This document shows positions 1-11,100 of a stretch of 60,509 bases of DNA, one piece after another. The position numbers and the translations under genes were made by a program. Position 1 is the first letter of the stretch; each line of letters starts with the position of its first letter. The stretch comes from an uncultured Nitrospinaceae bacterium (lineage in GTDB: Bacteria > UBA8248): assembly GCA_964620535.1 (NCBI GenBank), contig CAZUHN010000237.1:1-60509 (forward strand). The letters are read 5' to 3'. Under the pieces are notes generated by a model. That model was not told where the DNA came from. It saw nothing but the letters and a program-made list of their open reading frames with translations, and did not search any database.

Positions 1-381
1 AAAGGCTACCGGGGGCTGCACAAGCTGTTGCTCTGGAAAGACGGGCTCGAGCGGTGCGTGGGGTGCAAGCTGTGCTCGGCGGCCTGCCCGGCGGACTGCA
101 TCTACGTCGAGTCGGAGGAGAACGAATCGGCGGCGCCCGTCTCCAAGGGAGAGCGGTACGCGAGCGTTTACGAGATCAACGAGCTTCGGTGCATCTTTTG
201 CGGCTACTGCGAGGAGGCCTGTCCGGTCGGGGCGATCGTGCTCGGGAGCGAGTACGAATTTTGCCAGGACGATCGGGACAAGTTCCTGTGCACGAAAGAG
301 AACCTGTTGGTGAAGCGCTCGGACGAGGTTCCCGAGCTGCAGACCCGGTATGACGAAAAGATGCTCCTCACCTATGTATAG
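1..381 (+). CDS. nuoI: NADH-quinone oxidoreductase subunit I (NuoI), 5' end outside window
   Basis: Frame 1 is open from the window edge. It carries two CxxCxxCxxxCP 4Fe-4S motifs (CVGCKLCSAACP and CIFCGYCEEACP) typical of NuoI/TYKY, and is followed directly by nuoJKLMN. Confidence 0.93.
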   Translation, partial: KGYRGLHKLLLWKDGLERCVGCKLCSAACPADCIYVESEENESAAPVSKGERYASVYEINELRCIFCGYCEEACPVGAIVLGSEYEFCQDDRDKFLCTKENLLVKRSDEVPELQTRYDEKMLLTYV

Positions 382-405
382 CTGTGGGCGGAACACTGGA
401 GCTCG

Positions 406-945
406 TTGCCCGAGGGAGTCTTTGTAGTGGAAGGGTCGTTGGCATTTTACATTTTGGCCGCGGTGACCGTCGGAGGGGCGGTTGCCGTGGTGTCCCTGCC
501 GAATCCCCTCTACAGCGTCCTTTCCCTGATCCTGGCCTTTCTCGGGTTGGCGGGTCTCTACCTCACCCTCAACGCCCAGTTTATCGCCACGGTCCAGGTC
601 ATCATTTACGCTGGCGCCATCATGGTGCTTTTCCTGTTCGTGGTGATGCTCCTCAATCTGGGCCGCGAGGAGCGGCAGCCGCTCCAACTTCCCTTCCAAA
701 AAATACTCGGGGTGGTGGCCGGGCTGGCCATCTTCGCCGCGATCTTGAACGCCGCCGTCGTGAACTTCTCTCCGACCGGAGAGAAGGGTCTTTTCCCGGC
801 CGAGCGGATCGACGAACTCGGAAATACCGAGATCCTGGGCAAGTTGCTCTTCACGCAGTACCTCCTGCCCTTCCAGGCGATGGGGGTACTGCTGTTTGTC
901 GGCATCATCGGAGCGGTCGCGTTGGCGCGGCGGCGCACGAACTAA
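406..945 (+). CDS. nuoJ: NADH-quinone oxidoreductase subunit J (copy 1)
   Basis: 179-aa hydrophobic protein with NuoJ-like sequence (NPLYSVLSLILAF...QVIIYAGAIMVLFLFVVML). It sits between nuoI and nuoK. TTG start. Confidence 0.9.
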   Translation: MPEGVFVVEGSLAFYILAAVTVGGAVAVVSLPNPLYSVLSLILAFLGLAGLYLTLNAQFIATVQVIIYAGAIMVLFLFVVMLLNLGREERQPLQLPFQKILGVVAGLAIFAAILNAAVVNFSPTGEKGLFPAERIDELGNTEILGKLLFTQYLLPFQAMGVLLFVGIIGAVALARRRTN

Positions 946-972
946 GGGAAAAATCAGAGAGGCAGGTGCGGA

Positions 973-1275
973 GTGGCCTCGCTTTCGAATTACATTTTTT
1001 TAAGCGCGCTGCTTTTTTCGATCGGAGTGGTGGGCGTCATTGTCCGCCGCAATGCGATTGTGGTTTTCATGTCCATCGAGCTCATGCTGAACGGGGCGAA
1101 CCTCGCGTTCGTCTCCTATTCGCGCTTCTTGGAGTCGATGGACGGGCAGATCATCGTCTTTTTCGTAATGGCGGTAGCGGCCACCGAAGCGGCGGTGGGG
1201 CTGGCCATTGTCGTTCTCATATACCGGAACCGTGAATCCACAAACGTGGACGAAATCAACCTTTTGAAACTGTAG
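973..1275 (+). CDS. nuoK: NADH-quinone oxidoreductase subunit K (copy 1)
   Basis: 100-aa three-TM protein with the [20 protein letters not shown] and [14 protein letters not shown] signatures of NuoK. Confidence 0.93.
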   Translation: MASLSNYIFLSALLFSIGVVGVIVRRNAIVVFMSIELMLNGANLAFVSYSRFLESMDGQIIVFFVMAVAATEAAVGLAIVVLIYRNRESTNVDEINLLKL

Positions 1276-1277
1276 CC

Positions 1278-3188
1278 ATGGACGAACTGCATCTTATATT
1301 ACTGTTTCCGCTCGCCGGGCTGGCGATGAACCTCCTCCTCGGCTGGAGGTTCAGGGAAAGATTCGCCGGCGGGGTTGCCTCCGCCGCCATGGGGGGCGCT
1401 TTTCTTTCGGCGATATTCGGATTTTTCCGCCTCTTGGACCTGCCCGCTTCGTCACGGCTTCTCCAGGCAACGCTGTTCGAGTGGATACCGATCGGCCAAT
1501 TTCAGGTAAAGGTGTCGTTTGCGCTCGATCCGCTCGCCTCGATTATGACCCTCGTGGTGACCGGGGTGGGTTTTCTGATCCACGTTTATTCGATGGGGTA
1601 CATGCACGGCGACAGGGGGGTGGTCAGGTACTTCATCTTCCTGAACCTTTTCTCTCTGTCCATGCTCATCCTCGTACTGGCGGACAATTTCCTGGTTCTC
1701 TTCGTCGGCTGGGAGGCGGTGGGCCTTTGCAGTTATTTGCTCATCGGTTTCTGGTACGAGCGCGCCGCCGCGGCGGAGGCCGGAAAGAAAGCGTTTATTG
1801 TAAACCGGGTGGGAGATTTTTGTTTCCTCATTGGCTTGTTTCTCATTTATGAATATCTCGGGACGCTTGAGTTTTCCCGGGTGCTCGAAAGCGCCCCGGC
1901 CGTCCTCGGTGCGGGAAGTGCCGCCACCACCACGATTTGCCTCCTCCTTCTTGCGGGAGCGACGGGCAAGAGCGCTCAGATTCCCCTTTACGTCTGGTTG
2001 CCGGACGCCATGGAGGGCCCCAGCCCAGTGAGCGCCCTCATCCACGCGGCCACCATGGTCACCGCCGGGGTCTACATGGTGGCCCGCACCTATGTGCTTT
2101 TCGATCTTTCTCCCTTCGCGATGAATACGATGGCGACCGTCGGCGCCCTCACTCTCCTCCTGGGTGCTTCGATTGCCCTTGTCCAGAATGACATCAAGCG
2201 CGTGCTGGCCTACAGCACCATCAGTCAGCTCGGCTACATGTTCCTCGCGTGCGGGGTTGGCGCCTATGGCTCCGCCATCTTCCACTTGATGACCCACGCC
2301 TTCTTCAAGGCGCTGCTCTTTCTCGGAGCGGGAAGCGTCATTCACGCGCTAGGCGGAGAGCAGGATATCCGGAAGATGGGCGGGCTTCGCGCGGGTCTTC
2401 CCGCCACGAGTTGGACCTTCACTGCCGGGGCCCTGGCCATTGCCGGGATATTCCCCTTTGCCGGATTCTTCAGTAAGGATGAGATTCTGTTTGCCGCGAT
2501 GAGCTCGGATAACGGGAATTTTCTCTACTGGCTGGCGGGGGCGGTGGGCTCGTTGATGACGGCTTTTTATATGTTCCGGCTCGTGTTTAAGACATTCCAC
2601 GGAAGATGCACGCTCTCCATGGAGGAACAACAAAACCTCCACGATTCACCCGCCATCATGACGGTGCCTCTCAAAGTATTGGCTGCTTTCTCGATAGTGG
2701 GGGGATGGGTGGGGATACCCCTGGTTTCGGGCGCGAATGTGTTCGCGGATTTTCTCGCGACATCCTTCGGCGGCCCGGTGGAGGCGCATCACGAGGGCGT
2801 GCTCGAAGCGGCGATGATTCTCGTATCGCTCGTGATCGCCTTTTTAGGGATATATCTTGCGTACAACTTCTACATCATGAACGCCGACGCGGGCGAGGCG
2901 TACGCCCGGCGCTGGCCCCGGTTGTATCGCATCGTGTTGAACAAATTCTATGTGGACGAAGCCTACGACTTCCTTATCGTTCAACCAGTAAAGCGGTTTT
3001 CCCTGTACCTTTGGAGAGGGATTGACGACGGCGTTGTGGATACGGCGGTGAACAGCGCGGGCAATTTGGTCTCCTCGGTGGGGGGCGCGTTTCGCCGCCT
3101 CCAGACCGGTTACGTGAAGAGCTATGCCGTGACGATGCTCGTGGGAGTCATGGCGATCGTCTTGTTTCTAACCACCCGGGTGAAGTAG
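1278..3188 (+). CDS. nuoL: NADH-quinone oxidoreductase subunit L (copy 1)
   Basis: 636 aa. Contains the antiporter-like core (GKSAQIPLYVWLPDAMEGPSPVSALIHAATMVTAGVY) and a C-terminal lateral-helix region of ordinary length. Confidence 0.95.
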   Translation: MDELHLILLFPLAGLAMNLLLGWRFRERFAGGVASAAMGGAFLSAIFGFFRLLDLPASSRLLQATLFEWIPIGQFQVKVSFALDPLASIMTLVVTGVGFLIHVYSMGYMHGDRGVVRYFIFLNLFSLSMLILVLADNFLVLFVGWEAVGLCSYLLIGFWYERAAAAEAGKKAFIVNRVGDFCFLIGLFLIYEYLGTLEFSRVLESAPAVLGAGSAATTTICLLLLAGATGKSAQIPLYVWLPDAMEGPSPVSALIHAATMVTAGVYMVARTYVLFDLSPFAMNTMATVGALTLLLGASIALVQNDIKRVLAYSTISQLGYMFLACGVGAYGSAIFHLMTHAFFKALLFLGAGSVIHALGGEQDIRKMGGLRAGLPATSWTFTAGALAIAGIFPFAGFFSKDEILFAAMSSDNGNFLYWLAGAVGSLMTAFYMFRLVFKTFHGRCTLSMEEQQNLHDSPAIMTVPLKVLAAFSIVGGWVGIPLVSGANVFADFLATSFGGPVEAHHEGVLEAAMILVSLVIAFLGIYLAYNFYIMNADAGEAYARRWPRLYRIVLNKFYVDEAYDFLIVQPVKRFSLYLWRGIDDGVVDTAVNSAGNLVSSVGGAFRRLQTGYVKSYAVTMLVGVMAIVLFLTTRVK

Positions 3189-3217
3189 CCGCGGATCGGT
3201 GAGGAGGAAAAAGCACC

Positions 3218-4792
3218 GTGAATATTTCTATAATCACCTGGATGGTGTTTCTGCCTCTCGCGGGAGGGTTGCTCCTCGCCGTCGCGGGCGAGGAGGATGA
3301 GGCGGGCCGCCGGCGCGAGCGCGTCATCTCGCTCGCCGTCTCCCTCATCACCTTTGTTCTCTCCCTCGGCCTGTATTACGGCTTCCGGGCCGACTACGCG
3401 GGGATGCAGTTCGTCGAAAGATTCGACTGGATCCCCCGGTTTGGTATCGCCTACAAGGTGGGGATTGACGGAATCAGCCTCCCGCTCGTCCTGCTCACCA
3501 CCTTCCTCACCCCGGTTGCGATACTCTCTTCCTGGCAGGATATTCAAAAACACGTCCGCATTTATCACATGGCCATTCTCTTCCTCGAAACCGGCATGCT
3601 CGGGGTGTTCGTCGCTCTCGATTTCTTCCTTTTCTACGTTTTCTGGGAGGCGATGCTCATTCCGATGTACCTGATAATCGGGGTGTGGGGGGGGGCAAAA
3701 CGCATCTACGCCGCCGTGAAGTTTTTCCTCTACACCATGGCGGGAAGCGTGCTGATGCTGGTTGCCATTTTATGGCTGTATTTCGCGAACGGCGCGGCCA
3801 CCTTCGATATCCTGACGTATTTGGAAAGGCCGGTTCACGCCTCTTTGCAGGGCTGGCTCTTCGTCGCCTTCGCCCTTTCGTTTGCGATCAAGGTGCCAAT
3901 GTTTCCCTTCCACACCTGGCTGCCCGATGCGCATGTGGAGGCGCCGACGGCGGGAAGCGTCATCCTGGCCGGCGTGTTGCTAAAAATGGGTACGTACGGG
4001 TTCATGCGTCTGGCCATGCCGCTCTTCCCCGCCGCGGCCAGGGCTTTCGCCCCTCTTATCTTGATCCTAGCGGTCATCGGGATCATTTACGGGGCGCTGG
4101 TGGCCATGATCCAGGAGGATGTCAAGAAACTTGTGGCGTATTCCTCGGTGAGCCATCTGGGGTTTGTGATGCTGGGTCTTTTTTCCTTTAATCTGCTCGG
4201 CGCGGAAGGGGGGTTGATCCAAATGGTGAATCACGGAATCAGCACCGGTGCCCTCTTCCTCATCGTCGGGATGATCTACAGTAGGCGGCATACGCGCCTC
4301 ATCGAGGATTTCGGCGGACTCGCCCGGGTGATGCCCGCATTTTCGGTCTTTTTCGTGTTGGCCGCCCTCAGCAGCATCGGGTTGCCGGGCTTAAACGGTT
4401 TTGTGGGAGAGTTCACGATTCTCCTGGGCGCCTTCCAGAGCCGGCCCGTATTCGCCGTCCTGGCCACGGCGGGGGTGGTGCTGGCCGCGGTGTATATGCT
4501 CTGGATGCTTCAGCGGGTTCTCTTCGGCGGGGAGGCCTCGCGGGTGAACCGAATGCTGCCCGATCTGGGCGTGCGCGAGTGGGTGGTGATATTTCCGATG
4601 GTGGCGCTCATGTTCTGGATTGGCCTTTATCCGAAGCCTATTTTTCGCGTAATGGAACCGTCCGTCCAAGCCTGGCTTCGGCAGGTGAACCGGCGGGTCC
4701 TCCGCGTGGAGATGCCCGTGGCAGCCCCGGCGGCGAACATCGCAAATGTTGCCATTTCCGCGCGGATCGGTTCTGAAGGAAAGCGGCCGTGA
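3218..4792 (+). CDS. nuoM: NADH-quinone oxidoreductase subunit M (copy 1)
   Basis: 524 aa with the NuoM signature [43 protein letters not shown] start preceded by GAGGAGG. Confidence 0.95.
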   Translation: MNISIITWMVFLPLAGGLLLAVAGEEDEAGRRRERVISLAVSLITFVLSLGLYYGFRADYAGMQFVERFDWIPRFGIAYKVGIDGISLPLVLLTTFLTPVAILSSWQDIQKHVRIYHMAILFLETGMLGVFVALDFFLFYVFWEAMLIPMYLIIGVWGGAKRIYAAVKFFLYTMAGSVLMLVAILWLYFANGAATFDILTYLERPVHASLQGWLFVAFALSFAIKVPMFPFHTWLPDAHVEAPTAGSVILAGVLLKMGTYGFMRLAMPLFPAAARAFAPLILILAVIGIIYGALVAMIQEDVKKLVAYSSVSHLGFVMLGLFSFNLLGAEGGLIQMVNHGISTGALFLIVGMIYSRRHTRLIEDFGGLARVMPAFSVFFVLAALSSIGLPGLNGFVGEFTILLGAFQSRPVFAVLATAGVVLAAVYMLWMLQRVLFGGEASRVNRMLPDLGVREWVVIFPMVALMFWIGLYPKPIFRVMEPSVQAWLRQVNRRVLRVEMPVAAPAANIANVAISARIGSEGKRP

Positions 4793-6267
4793 CGCTCACC
4801 TTTCCCCTCATCGATTGGCCGGTGATCTTTCCCGTCATACTGGTGGTGATTGGCGGGGTTCTCGTCTTGGCGTGGGACACTTTCTTCCGCGGAGATGCGC
4901 GCTCCCTTGTCATAACCCTATCGCTCGGAACGCTCGGAGCCGCGATGGGAGTGACCATTTTCGCCCGCCCAGTGAACGAAACCGCTCTTTCCCTCGGGGG
5001 TTTGTATCTCTTCGATGGATTCACCCAGTTTGTCTTCTTTTTGATTCTGCTTTCGAGCTTTATCTCGATCTTGGTTTCTGCGTCCCAGCCCGAACTGGAG
5101 AAGGCCCCCCCCGGCGAGTACTACTGCCTCATTCTTTTCGCCACCTGCGGGATGATGCTGATGGCGGCGACCCGGAACATGCTCATGGTGTTCATCGGCC
5201 TCGAACTCTTCTCGATATCGCTCTACGTTCTTGCCGGGTATCTGCGCTCGCGGCTACAAGGAAACGAAGCCGCGTTGAAGTACTTTCTGTTGGGGTCATT
5301 CGCGTCCGGGTTTCTCCTTTACGGAATGGCGCTCATCTACGGGACGACGGGCACTGTCGATATCATGAAGGCGGCCGAGCACCTTGCCCAGAATCCCGCC
5401 TCCCGCAGCTTGGCGTTTTTGCTGGGGGTGGGATTCGTTGTGATGGGCCTGGGTTTCAAAGTGGCGGCGGTCCCTTTTTATATGTGGACGCCGGACGTGT
5501 ACGAAGGATCCCCGACCTCGGTGACGGCGTTCATGTCGGTGGGGCCGAAGGCGGCGGCGTTCGCGGCGTTTTTCCGCCTCGTCATCTCGACCGCCCCCCA
5601 CATCGGCGCCGAGATCGGCGCGGTGCTTTGGACGATGGCGGCCCTCACCATGACGGTGGCGAACGTAGTTGCCATATGGCAGTCGAACATCAAGCGGATG
5701 TTGGCGTACTCAAGCATTTCCCACGCGGGGTATCTGCTCGTCGCGCTCGTGGCCGCGAAGGACGGGGGCGACCTGGCGACGGGCGGATTTCTGTACTACA
5801 TGCTCGTCTATTTGTTCATGAATCTGGGGGCTTTTTGCGTTGTGGTGGCGACGGGCGCGGGGGGGAGGGAGCGGGTGGAAATCGAAGAATACGCCGGGAT
5901 GGGCTATACGTGCCCCGGCCTCGCTTTCGCGATGGCGATTTTCATGGTCTCCCTCGCGGGGCTTCCTCCCACGGGCGGGTTTGTCGCCAAATTTTACGTT
6001 TTCAGCGCCGCGGTAAAGGCGGGCCACGTTGCCCTCGTCGTCATCGCCGTTCTCAATAGTGTGATTGCGGTTTACTTCTATCTCCGCATTGTGGTCGTGA
6101 TGTACATGCGGGAGGCCTCTGCGGGGGCGGCCGCTGTAGTGCTGGGCCGGACCCGGCCTTACGCCATCGCCACACTCGTAATCGGGGTGGTGGCCACCCT
6201 GAATTTGGGAATATTTCCGGCTAAATTTATGGAGATCGCCCAGCGCTCGGCGGACCTTTTGAACTAG
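4789..6267 (+). CDS. nuoN: NADH-quinone oxidoreductase subunit N (copy 1)
   Basis: 492 aa with the NuoN signature [37 protein letters not shown] start overlaps the nuoM stop by 4 nt. Confidence 0.94.
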   Translation: MTLTFPLIDWPVIFPVILVVIGGVLVLAWDTFFRGDARSLVITLSLGTLGAAMGVTIFARPVNETALSLGGLYLFDGFTQFVFFLILLSSFISILVSASQPELEKAPPGEYYCLILFATCGMMLMAATRNMLMVFIGLELFSISLYVLAGYLRSRLQGNEAALKYFLLGSFASGFLLYGMALIYGTTGTVDIMKAAEHLAQNPASRSLAFLLGVGFVVMGLGFKVAAVPFYMWTPDVYEGSPTSVTAFMSVGPKAAAFAAFFRLVISTAPHIGAEIGAVLWTMAALTMTVANVVAIWQSNIKRMLAYSSISHAGYLLVALVAAKDGGDLATGGFLYYMLVYLFMNLGAFCVVVATGAGGRERVEIEEYAGMGYTCPGLAFAMAIFMVSLAGLPPTGGFVAKFYVFSAAVKAGHVALVVIAVLNSVIAVYFYLRIVVVMYMREASAGAAAVVLGRTRPYAIATLVIGVVATLNLGIFPAKFMEIAQRSADLLN

Positions 6268-6333
6268 GGCGGGGGGGATGGTTTTTTCCCGGGGGCCCGT
6301 GCTATAAAGTTCCCGGCAGTTGGGGACTTTCCT

Positions 6334-6358
6334 GAGCCGCCTCGTTGCGGGGCGGCTC
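6334..6358 (+). terminator. Candidate stem-loop terminator between the two nuo operons
   Basis: GAGCCGCC (6334-6341) pairs with GGCGGCTC (6351-6358) across a 9-nt loop, followed by only TT. The weak U-tract makes this tentative. Confidence 0.3.
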
Positions 6359-6453
6359 TTGCTTGCTGGCCCCGTCTTATATTGCTCCCTTTTTGAAGTG
6401 GCGAAGGGCTCGGCTCTGGCCGTATACCGTTTTGAGGCGAGGTTTCGGGGGAT

Positions 6454-6846
6454 ATGGAATTCGTTTCCGGATTTTTCCGTGAATATCAAGCAATAAATAG
6501 CTACGTTCCCCTTTTTATTTTCACCTTGGTCGCTATCGGATTTGCGGGCGTAACTCTCCTTGTCGCCCTTTTGATTCGCCCGAACCGGCCGGATCCAGAG
6601 AAGAATTCCCCCTATGAATGCGGCATTCCGCCTCTTACCGAGGCGCACGAGCGTTTTTCCATTCGGTTCTATCTTTTGGGAATCCTTTTTCTTCTCTTCG
6701 ATGTAGAGGCTGCATTTCTTTTCCCTTGGGCCGTGCGGTACGACGCGCTTGGGCTTTTCGGCTTCATCGAAATGATGCTGTTCATTTTTATCCTTCTGAT
6801 TGGTTTCTTTTACGCATGGCGGAAGGGGGCGCTGGAATGGGCATAG
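6454..6846 (+). CDS. nuoA: NADH-quinone oxidoreductase subunit A (copy 2 operon)
   Basis: 130 aa with NSPYECG and [15 protein letters not shown] motifs typical of NuoA/ND3. Confidence 0.94.
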   Translation: MEFVSGFFREYQAINSYVPLFIFTLVAIGFAGVTLLVALLIRPNRPDPEKNSPYECGIPPLTEAHERFSIRFYLLGILFLLFDVEAAFLFPWAVRYDALGLFGFIEMMLFIFILLIGFFYAWRKGALEWA

Positions 6847-7313
6847 TTGAAGGAAAATTCAGCGATAATTTCTTAACCACCAAGCTGGATAGCCTAGTGG
6901 CGTGGGCACGAAAGAGCGCCCTTTGGCCGATGACTTTCGGCCTCGCCTGCTGCGCCATCGAAATGATGGCCTCGGGCGCCTCGCGTTACGATTTTGATCG
7001 ATTTGGCGTTATTTTTCGGGCCACCCCTCGGCAATCCGACGTAATGATCGTGGCCGGAACGGTGACCCATAAAATGGGGTCAGTTTTGCGGAAAGTGTAC
7101 GACCAGATGCCCGAGCCAAGATGGGTCATATCCATGGGCAACTGTTCGACATGCGGAGGTCCTTATCCGAACTATGCTGTCGTGCAAGGCGTCGATGAAC
7201 TGGTGCCGGTGGATGTCTATGTGTCTGGTTGCCCGCCGCGTCCCGAATCTTTGATGTGGGGTGTGATGCAGCTTCAGAAGAAAATTGAACAGGAAAAATT
7301 CATCCGCGCATAA
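6837..7313 (+). CDS. nuoB: NADH-quinone oxidoreductase subunit B (copy 2 operon)
   Basis: Within ORF 6618..7313, the ATG at 6837 gives MGIVEGKF...[15 protein letters not shown]...MGNCSTCGG...SGCPPRPE, which supplies the N2 cluster cysteines. It overlaps the nuoA stop by 10 nt. Confidence 0.93.
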   Translation: MGIVEGKFSDNFLTTKLDSLVAWARKSALWPMTFGLACCAIEMMASGASRYDFDRFGVIFRATPRQSDVMIVAGTVTHKMGSVLRKVYDQMPEPRWVISMGNCSTCGGPYPNYAVVQGVDELVPVDVYVSGCPPRPESLMWGVMQLQKKIEQEKFIRA

Positions 7314-7335
7314 AGGTGCGGCAAGAAGAGTAACG

Positions 7336-7920
7336 ATGGAAGAAACCGCCAAAACGAAGGGGAATACAGAAGGCGACTCTGATACAGAGGCGCCCGAGGC
7401 CCCAAAAGAATTTCCCGGAAAAGATCTGGGAGATCTGATAGACAGGGAGTTTCCGGGAGCCATACTCGAAGAGTCGGCCTTCAAAGATCTTGAAGACGAG
7501 GTAACCTTCATTCTTAAAATTGACGCTTGGCGGAAAGTCGCTGTCTTCATGAGGGATCATCCATCATCCAAATTTGTTCTTCTAACTGACCTCACCGCAG
7601 CTCATTATCCCGAAGAGGAAGAACCATTTCAGATCATCTGCCAAATGGTCAGCCTTGAGCACAATCGCAGCCTTCGATTGAAGGTGAAAATAAAAGAGGG
7701 AGTTTCGGTTCCCTCGCTCTCGGGAATTTGGTCCAGCGCAAATTGGATGGAGCGCGAAATTTGGGATTTGTACGGCATTCCTTTTCAGGATCACCCGGAC
7801 CTCCGCCGGATCTTGTTGCCGAGGGACTGGGGGGGGCACCCGCTTCGCAAGGATTATCCACTCGAGGGCCGCAGAGAGCGTGTGTACGAAAAGCCCAAGC
7901 GCAAGGAAATCGGGGAATAG
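7336..7920 (+). CDS. nuoC: NADH-quinone oxidoreductase subunit C (copy 2 operon)
   Basis: NuoC/30-kDa motifs WSSANWMEREIWDLYGIPFQDHPDLRRILLP. I chose the ATG at 7336, just after the nuoB stop; the ORF track starts at 7285. It has an acidic N-terminal extension. Confidence 0.9.
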   Translation: MEETAKTKGNTEGDSDTEAPEAPKEFPGKDLGDLIDREFPGAILEESAFKDLEDEVTFILKIDAWRKVAVFMRDHPSSKFVLLTDLTAAHYPEEEEPFQIICQMVSLEHNRSLRLKVKIKEGVSVPSLSGIWSSANWMEREIWDLYGIPFQDHPDLRRILLPRDWGGHPLRKDYPLEGRRERVYEKPKRKEIGE

Positions 7921-7993
7921 AGGCTGGCTCCATTCCGAGAAGGAGCAAGGCCATGGGAATGAAGAAGCCGTTACAGTTGGAGAATTAAGCGAT

Positions 7994-9136
7994 ATGTTCG
8001 AAGTAGAGTCCCCTCCCCGGGTGGAAAAATCGAGCATCCTCCCCGGGACCGAGGATCTGGTTGTCAATATGGGGCCGCAGCACCCGAGCACACACGGGGT
8101 GCTACGGGTGATCCTCAAGCTGGACGGCGAGACGGTGACCGATTGTGACGTCGACATCGGGTACCTTCACCGCGGGACTGAAAAGATCGGCGAGAACATC
8201 ACCTATACGATGTTCATTCCCTACACGGATCGGCTTGACTACATCGCTGCGCCATTGAACAACTTGGCATGGGTAACCGCGGTCGAAAAGTTTTTTGACT
8301 GGGAGATCCCGCTGCGCGCGGAATTTGTGCGATCCATGGTGGGGGAGTTCTCACGAATTGCGAGCCACCTTCTATGGCTTGCGACCCACGCCCTGGACAT
8401 CGGTGCGATGACGGTTTTCCTTTGGTGCTTCCGCGAGCGCGAAATGGTTCTCGACATATTTGAAACCGCATTCGGCGCACGCCTTACAGTAAATGCATTC
8501 CGGCTCGGAGGCCTGGAGCAGGACGTACCGAAAAAATTTCTCGATCTTGCGCGGGAGTTCATCGAAATTTTTCCCGACCGCATCAAGGATTATGAGACGC
8601 TTCTAACGGATAACCGCATCTGGATGAAGCGGACCCGCGGTGTGGGCTACATTTCGGCCGAGGATGCCCTCGACCTTGGCTTAACCGGTCCTCCCTTGCG
8701 GGCCAGCGGCGTGAATTGGGATCTTCGCCGCGTTCGGCCCTACGCGGCTTACCCATATTTGGACTTCGTTGTCCCCGTCGGGCAAAATGGGGACGTTTAC
8801 GATCGGTATTTGGTCCGAATCGAAGAGATGCGGCAAAGCACGCGGATCATTGAGCAATGCCTGAATATGCTTCCGAGCGGTCCTGTGAGCTGCAAAACTC
8901 CACGCACAATTAAGCCTCCACCAGGTGAGATTTATCACAGCATCGAAAATCCCAAAGGAGAGTTCGGTTTCTATATCGTGAGTGACGGCACCGAATCGCC
9001 CTACCGGGTACGCATCCGCCCTCCGTCGTTTCTTAACCTTGCCGCTCTCAAAAAGATGGCCGTTGGCGGACTGGTGGCCGACGTGGTTGCCGTCATCGGT
9101 AGCCTTGACATTGTCCTGGGGGAGTGCGACCGCTAA
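7994..9136 (+). CDS. nuoD: NADH-quinone oxidoreductase subunit D (copy 2 operon)
   Basis: NuoD/49-kDa signatures NMGPQHPSTHGVLR and the C-terminal SLDIVLGECDR. I chose the ATG at 7994 (MFEVESPP), downstream of the nuoC stop. Confidence 0.93.
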   Translation: MFEVESPPRVEKSSILPGTEDLVVNMGPQHPSTHGVLRVILKLDGETVTDCDVDIGYLHRGTEKIGENITYTMFIPYTDRLDYIAAPLNNLAWVTAVEKFFDWEIPLRAEFVRSMVGEFSRIASHLLWLATHALDIGAMTVFLWCFREREMVLDIFETAFGARLTVNAFRLGGLEQDVPKKFLDLAREFIEIFPDRIKDYETLLTDNRIWMKRTRGVGYISAEDALDLGLTGPPLRASGVNWDLRRVRPYAAYPYLDFVVPVGQNGDVYDRYLVRIEEMRQSTRIIEQCLNMLPSGPVSCKTPRTIKPPPGEIYHSIENPKGEFGFYIVSDGTESPYRVRIRPPSFLNLAALKKMAVGGLVADVVAVIGSLDIVLGECDR

Positions 9137-9181
9137 TTATGGACGCAATCGCCTGTCGGTTATTTGTAATTTGGTGCATTC

Positions 9182-10240
9182 GTGAGGTGGTTGCTTGACC
9201 CGGCCGGATTGTTCGACAGGAAAAACCTTTTGGCGGAATGGCACAAAGGTAGAGAGGGGTTCGGTCCTTTGGACATAATATTTGAAATCGTCATCGCCAC
9301 AATAAAGATCGCTGTCGTCCTCGGCGTAGTATCTCTCGTTGTGGCGTACCTTACTTATTTGGAACGGAAAGTCATCGCGCACATACAGATGCGTATGGGG
9401 CCTATGCGGGTAGGCTGGCACGGCCTTCTCCAGCCGATCGCTGATGGACTCAAACTATTCCTAAAAGAAGATATTATTCCGGACAAGGCGGATCGAATCG
9501 TCTTTATTCTTGCGCCCATTATGGTTCTCGTTCCTGCCTTTGTGGTCTATTCGGTTCTTCCCTTTAGCGAAACTTTTTATATCACTCAGGTAAACATCGG
9601 ATTGTTACTTATCATTTCGGTGAGTTCGCTCGGTGTTTTCGGGATCGTAATGGCCGGTTGGGCTTCCAACAGCAAGTACAGTCTTTTGGGCGCCATGCGG
9701 AGCGCGGCGCAAATGCTGAGCTACGAAATTTTCCTCGGATTTTCACTAATCGGACCCCTGATGATCGCTGGCACCCTGAACATGCAGGAGATCGTCAAGG
9801 CCCAAAGCGATGTTTGGTTCATCGTGTATCAACCGCTTGCATTCATTGTTTTTTTTGTAGCCTCTCTTGCGGAGACGAACCGCGTACCATTCGATTTGCC
9901 CGAGGCGGAAACGGAATTAGTCGCTGGATTTCACACCGAATATAGCGGAATGAAATTCGCTTTCTTCTTTTTGGCTGAGTATGCCAACATCATGGTGGTT
10001 GCAACGGTGGGCGTAGCTCTTTTTTTTGGCGGCTGGCAGGGCATCGCGGGAATACCGCTACCCGGATTCGTTTGGTATGTTCTCAAACTGTTCGCGTTGA
10101 TATTTTTGTTTATATGGTTGCGCGCTACCCTTCCGCGCTATCGGTATGACCAGCTCATGGCAATGGGCTGGAAGTTCATGTTTCCCCTTGTTATGGCGAA
10201 CATTTTCCTGACCGGTTTGGTGAAATACCTCTTTCTTTAA
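9182..10240 (+). CDS. nuoH: NADH-quinone oxidoreductase subunit H (copy 2 operon)
   Basis: 352 aa with [34 protein letters not shown] and [27 protein letters not shown]. It follows nuoD after a 45-nt gap, so no nuoEFG lies between them. Confidence 0.94.
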   Translation: MRWLLDPAGLFDRKNLLAEWHKGREGFGPLDIIFEIVIATIKIAVVLGVVSLVVAYLTYLERKVIAHIQMRMGPMRVGWHGLLQPIADGLKLFLKEDIIPDKADRIVFILAPIMVLVPAFVVYSVLPFSETFYITQVNIGLLLIISVSSLGVFGIVMAGWASNSKYSLLGAMRSAAQMLSYEIFLGFSLIGPLMIAGTLNMQEIVKAQSDVWFIVYQPLAFIVFFVASLAETNRVPFDLPEAETELVAGFHTEYSGMKFAFFFLAEYANIMVVATVGVALFFGGWQGIAGIPLPGFVWYVLKLFALIFLFIWLRATLPRYRYDQLMAMGWKFMFPLVMANIFLTGLVKYLFL

Positions 10241-10261
10241 CTTTAAGAGGAGACGAACATC

Positions 10262-10771
10262 TTGGAGTTGCCCTTCTTTTACTTATTCTCGACAGGAATT
10301 GTGATCGCTTCGCTATTGATGGTGACGCGCGCCAACGTCATACACGCGGGTCTATTGTTGGTTCTCACATTCTTGTTCCTAGCGGGATTGTACGTTCTTA
10401 TGGGGGCGGAGTTTCTCGCTGCGCTACAGATACTTATTTACGCCGGTGGAATTATGGTTCTGTACCTTTTTTCTGTCATGCTTATGAATATCGATGTGGC
10501 GAGGCGCCTTCGGAAATGGCATCGGCAGAGCTTCGCAGCTCTTGCGGTGACAGTCGTTCTTGCCATAGAGGTTTGGATTGTTCTTGGAGATGGAAATTTT
10601 CCCGCACAGAAAAGCCCTTCCGGGACACTCGGCGCCACTCCCGGAAATGTCGAGGCTCTCGGAAACGTTCTTTACACAAAGTTCTTGTTCCCTTTTGAAG
10701 TCGTTTCGATTTTATTGCTCGCGGCGATGATCGGCGCGATCGTCCTGGCGAAGCGGACGATAGAGCGCTAG
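10262..10771 (+). CDS. nuoJ: NADH-quinone oxidoreductase subunit J (copy 2)
   Basis: 169 aa, paralogous to 406..945 ([21 protein letters not shown]). It starts 21 nt after the nuoH stop, so no nuoI lies between them. TTG start preceded by AAGAGGAG. Confidence 0.9.
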   Translation: MELPFFYLFSTGIVIASLLMVTRANVIHAGLLLVLTFLFLAGLYVLMGAEFLAALQILIYAGGIMVLYLFSVMLMNIDVARRLRKWHRQSFAALAVTVVLAIEVWIVLGDGNFPAQKSPSGTLGATPGNVEALGNVLYTKFLFPFEVVSILLLAAMIGAIVLAKRTIER

Positions 10772-10790
10772 AAATCGGAGGAAAGAGTCG

Positions 10791-11093
10791 ATGGTGCCGC
10801 TTTCCCATTATTTGGCACTGGGGGCAATCCTATTTCTGATCGGTGCGGGAGGGGTGTTGATGCGCCGAAACGCGATCATCATCCTGATGAGCATAGAACT
10901 GATTTTGAATGCGGTTAACGTTACTTTCGTGGGCTTCTCGCGCCAACTCGGGGACCTGACGGGTCAGGTATTCGCCATATTCGTCATCGCGGTAGCGGCG
11001 GCTGAGGCGGCCGTAGGGCTGGCCATCCTGGTAACGCTCAACCGGGATCGGTCCACGGTGAACGTGGACGAAGTGAACCTTCTCAAGTGGTAG
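10791..11093 (+). CDS. nuoK: NADH-quinone oxidoreductase subunit K (copy 2)
   Basis: 100 aa with [20 protein letters not shown] and [14 protein letters not shown]. Confidence 0.93.
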   Translation: MVPLSHYLALGAILFLIGAGGVLMRRNAIIILMSIELILNAVNVTFVGFSRQLGDLTGQVFAIFVIAVAAAEAAVGLAILVTLNRDRSTVNVDEVNLLKW

Positions 11094-11100
11094 AAAAGGC

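Noticed and set aside
384-6059. Alternative-frame ORFs inside nuo operon 1 (for example 384..1235 and 4746..6059)
   Set aside because: They overlap well-supported nuoJ, nuoK and nuoN frames, and their products are Arg/Gly-rich with no motifs.
9137-10261. Hidden or fused nuoI, or nuoEFG remnants, within the second operon
   Set aside because: The gaps are 45 nt and 21 nt. NuoH2 is of normal length, and no ferredoxin-type Cys motif occurs in any frame there.
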